DNA of 64,000 nucleotides from Pocillopora damicornis (Eukaryota): NCBI RefSeq assembly GCF_003704095.1, contig NW_020847620.1, positions 62,001 to 126,000 of the forward strand, read 5' to 3'. Shown piece by piece: positions 61,109 to 64,000 of this stretch (position 1 is its first letter; each line of letters starts with the position of its first letter). The notes under the pieces were generated by a model. It saw only the letters and a program-made list of their open reading frames with translations, ran no database searches and was not told where the DNA came from. The position numbers and the translations under genes were made by a program.

Positions 61109-63541
61109 TTCTGAGATGCAGATCTTGTTGTGTCATTTGCCATCGAGTCACACATCATCTGAACACGTTCCGAATATACGCGCAAAGCAAAAACTGAAGT
61201 GGACTGCACTTAACTCCAAAAGAGTATTTCTTAATGTCNNNNNNNNNNNNNNNNNNNNNNNNNNNNNNNNNNNNNGTGTCTATATGGATTTCCATATTGT
61301 GAACGGACTTAGTTTATTTGTGGGTCAGGACTTAGTTTATATCGCTCTCTTGTTGATTAGCATTTTATTGCTGCATTCTCTATAAACTTTACCCAATTGG
61401 NNNNNNNNNNNNNNNNNNNNNNNNNNNNNNNNNNNNNNNNNNNNNNNNNNNNNNNNNNNNNNNNNNNNNNNNNNNNNNNNNNNNNNNNNNNNNNNNNNNN
61501 NNNNNNNNNNNNNNNNNNNNNNNNNNNNNNNNNNNNNNNNNNNNNNNNNNNNNNNNNNNNNNNNNNNNNNNNNNNNNNNNNNNNNNNNNNNNNNNNNNNN
61601 NNNNNNNNNNNNNNNNNNNNNNNNNNNNNNNNNNNNNNNNNNNNNNNNNNNNNNNNNNNNNNNNNNNNNNNNNNNNNNNNNNNNNNNNNNNNNNNNNNNN
61701 NNNNNNNNNNNNNNNNNNNNNNNNNNNNNNNNNNNNNNNNNNNNNNNNNNNNNNNNNNNNNNNNNNNNNNNNNNNNNNNNNNNNNNNNNNNNNNNNNNNN
61801 NNNNNNNNNNNNNNNNNNNNNNNNNNNNNNNNNNNNNNNNNNNNNNNNNNNNNNNNNNNNNNNNNNNNNNNNNNNNNNNNNNNNNNNNNNNNNNNNNNNN
61901 NNNNNNNNGAAGGGAATTTCTGGATAAGAAGGGTTAAAAGCCAATATTTATTTGCAAAATTCTTCAAATAAAAGTTAAACACTAAGTCAGAAAATTTAAA
62001 CGTTACAGAAAAGANNNNNNNNNNTTTGAATGTTTCATTTATCGACAAGGGCACTATCTTTTTTAATTTCATCGTATTTGATTGCATCTCATTTTATTTC
62101 TTATTGTGTTTGGTTGTATTCTTCTGGGGTAAGGGGGNNNNNNNNNNCAGTCATTAAGATGGTTCACTTTATCTGGTCCTTTTTCTTTCTCATTTGAATG
62201 CGATATCGAGCTGATATTGAAGCGTTAGACGATTCTTCTAAATGTGATGAAATTCTAAATGAANNNNNNNNNNNNNNNNNNNNNNNNNATAGTCAAATAA
62301 CAAACTAATGGCTGGAATAGTTGATTACATTTGATAAAAAAATCGTTGTGAACCTGAATTATCTGAATATTCGATTTATCGCCATGACTCGCGAAATGAG
62401 CTGAATATATCANNNNNNNNNNNNNNNNNNNNNNNNNNNNNNNNNNNNNNNNNNNNNNNNNNNNNNNNNNNNNNNNNNNNNNNNNNNNNNNNNNNNNNNN
62501 NNNNNNNNNNNNAACGTACCATTATCCTTCCTTATTGATGGACCTGCTGCTCAGCAGCCTGTGTTTGTTTAGTTTTTTTCTCATAGAACGGTTCACTGGT
62601 TTTTCCCAAGGCAAGAACCAAATATATATTCCTTCTCTCCTAAATATTATGGAGTTAAAATCGAGCCAGCCTATTTACATGAAGGGAACTTCTGGATAAG
62701 AAGGGTTAAAAGGCAATATTTCTTTGCAAAATTTTGCTTGCAATTCTTCAAATAAAAGTTAAACACTAAGTCAGAAAATTTAGACGTTACAGAAAAGATG
62801 TCTAACAATTTGAATGTTTAATTTATCAACAAGGGCACTATCTTTTTTAATTTCATCTTATTTGATTGCATCTCATTTTATTTCTTATTGTTTTTGGTTG
62901 TGTTCTTCTGGGGCAAGGGGGGATTAAGGTCAGTCATTAAGATGGTTCACTTTATCTGGTCCTTTTTCTTTCTCATTTGAATGTGATATCGAGCTGATAT
63001 TGAAGCGTTAGACGATTCTTCCAAATGTGATGAAATTCTGAATGAAAAAAGCAAATAAATGCCACAAGATAATAGTCAAATAACAAACTAATGGCTGGAA
63101 GAGTTGATTATATTTGATAAAAAAATCGTTGTGAACTTGAATTATCTGTATATTCGATTTATCGCCATGACTCGAGAAATGAGCTGAATATATCAATAGT
63201 TTAGAATGATTAAGACTGTTTAAAGTATTAAAGTTTTGGAGGTGTAAAAGCATCTCTTCTCGACTTTTATTAGATAATGCCGAAGATGTCGATCTGACAA
63301 CTCAAAACAGACTCTAGCAGGTTCAAATATACACACAAAATTTTAAAGCATGACGTTAAGACACTTTAATTTTTTGTGCTACTCAACACCCATGTCAAAT
63401 CCATGAGATGATATAAAGCACAGTCAAATAAGGGCTTAAACTTCATTTTTGTTTTGTCTTAACTTTGAGGCGCATGAAAATGTTTCTGAAACTGTCTTGT
63501 TGTTGCTTTGCTTTCGGTTACTTACGCGAGGTCCTTCCTTA
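61109..63541 (+). repeat. Inverted segmental duplication of 51850-53640
   Basis: 62513-63541 is the reverse complement of ~52940-51850. 61276-61400 matches ~53360-53260 and 61109-61238 matches ~53635-53515. 61910-62411 is an additional partial copy. Confidence 0.85.
63480..63541 (+). pseudogene. Frameshifted, truncated copy of exon 1 of the 51907 prepropeptide gene
   Basis: ATGTTTCTGAAACT--GTCTTG shows a 2-nt deletion relative to the 51907 copy. Homology stops before the donor site, close to a repeat insertion at ~63570. Confidence 0.7.
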
Positions 63542-64000
63542 TGTTTTCTTTCATTTATGTACCGCAATGAATGGCAGATCTTGAGCTAAGGGGGTGGGGG
63601 GGGGATGGTCTTTTTGTCGCTTGCCCTACCGGCTTTTCTTCCCTCTGCGAATGTTATATTCTTCTTCCTATCAGTGTTATTTTGTATGGTTGGTGTTGCT
63701 CGAGAAATGAACGGAGTGCTAGAACAAATGGGTAAAATTCTCAAATTTTGAAATAAAAAGGGNNNNNNNNNNNNNNNNNNNNNNNNNNNNNNNNNNNNNN
63801 NNNNNNNNNNNNNNNNNNNNNNNNNNNNNNNNNNNNNNNNNNNNNNNNNNNNNNNNNNNNNNAAAAAAAATCGATTAAATGTGAAAATCAAAGTACGCTG
63901 GTTTTAATTTGAATACGACCAGACCGGTAATTAGGTGGAGAGAGTCTTGGCACATCCTAGGAGACTTAGAGTTGCTTTCTTATCCACATTCGTGAGAAAT

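Overview
AT-rich, intron-containing animal DNA with many N gaps. Repeat content and gene types point to a scleractinian coral or other anthozoan (inference). 5.4-13.5 kb: a complete 6-exon acetyl-CoA transporter SLC33A1 (-) head-to-head with a divergent 3-exon Rab6-like GTPase (+). 15-43 kb: a decaying tandem segmental duplication of a block containing the 3' half of an SLC9B/NHA antiporter (+), a membrane-anchored VWA7/HET-C-like gene (-) and a secreted PAN-EGF gene (-). The apparently intact PAN-EGF copy ends in a bacterial-type carbohydrate-binding-like module resembling CBM38/GH32-associated domains. A trypsin-like relic follows. 44-64 kb: a cluster of small micro-exon genes that the ORF track does not resolve. 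They encode a signal peptide, an acidic propeptide built from phase-1 micro-exons, and a DP/DP-RP dipeptide motif. One member reads completely (44041-46148, -) and yields a 37-aa, about +11, 4-Cys peptide, a candidate new antimicrobial or toxin family. Interspersed repeats include short palindromic, TSD-flanked Penelope-type elements with minimal hammerhead-ribozyme cores, a pogo/Tigger-like MITE, tRNA-SINE relics and minisatellites. All gene models were spliced by eye using GT/AG sites and phase; no searches were run.
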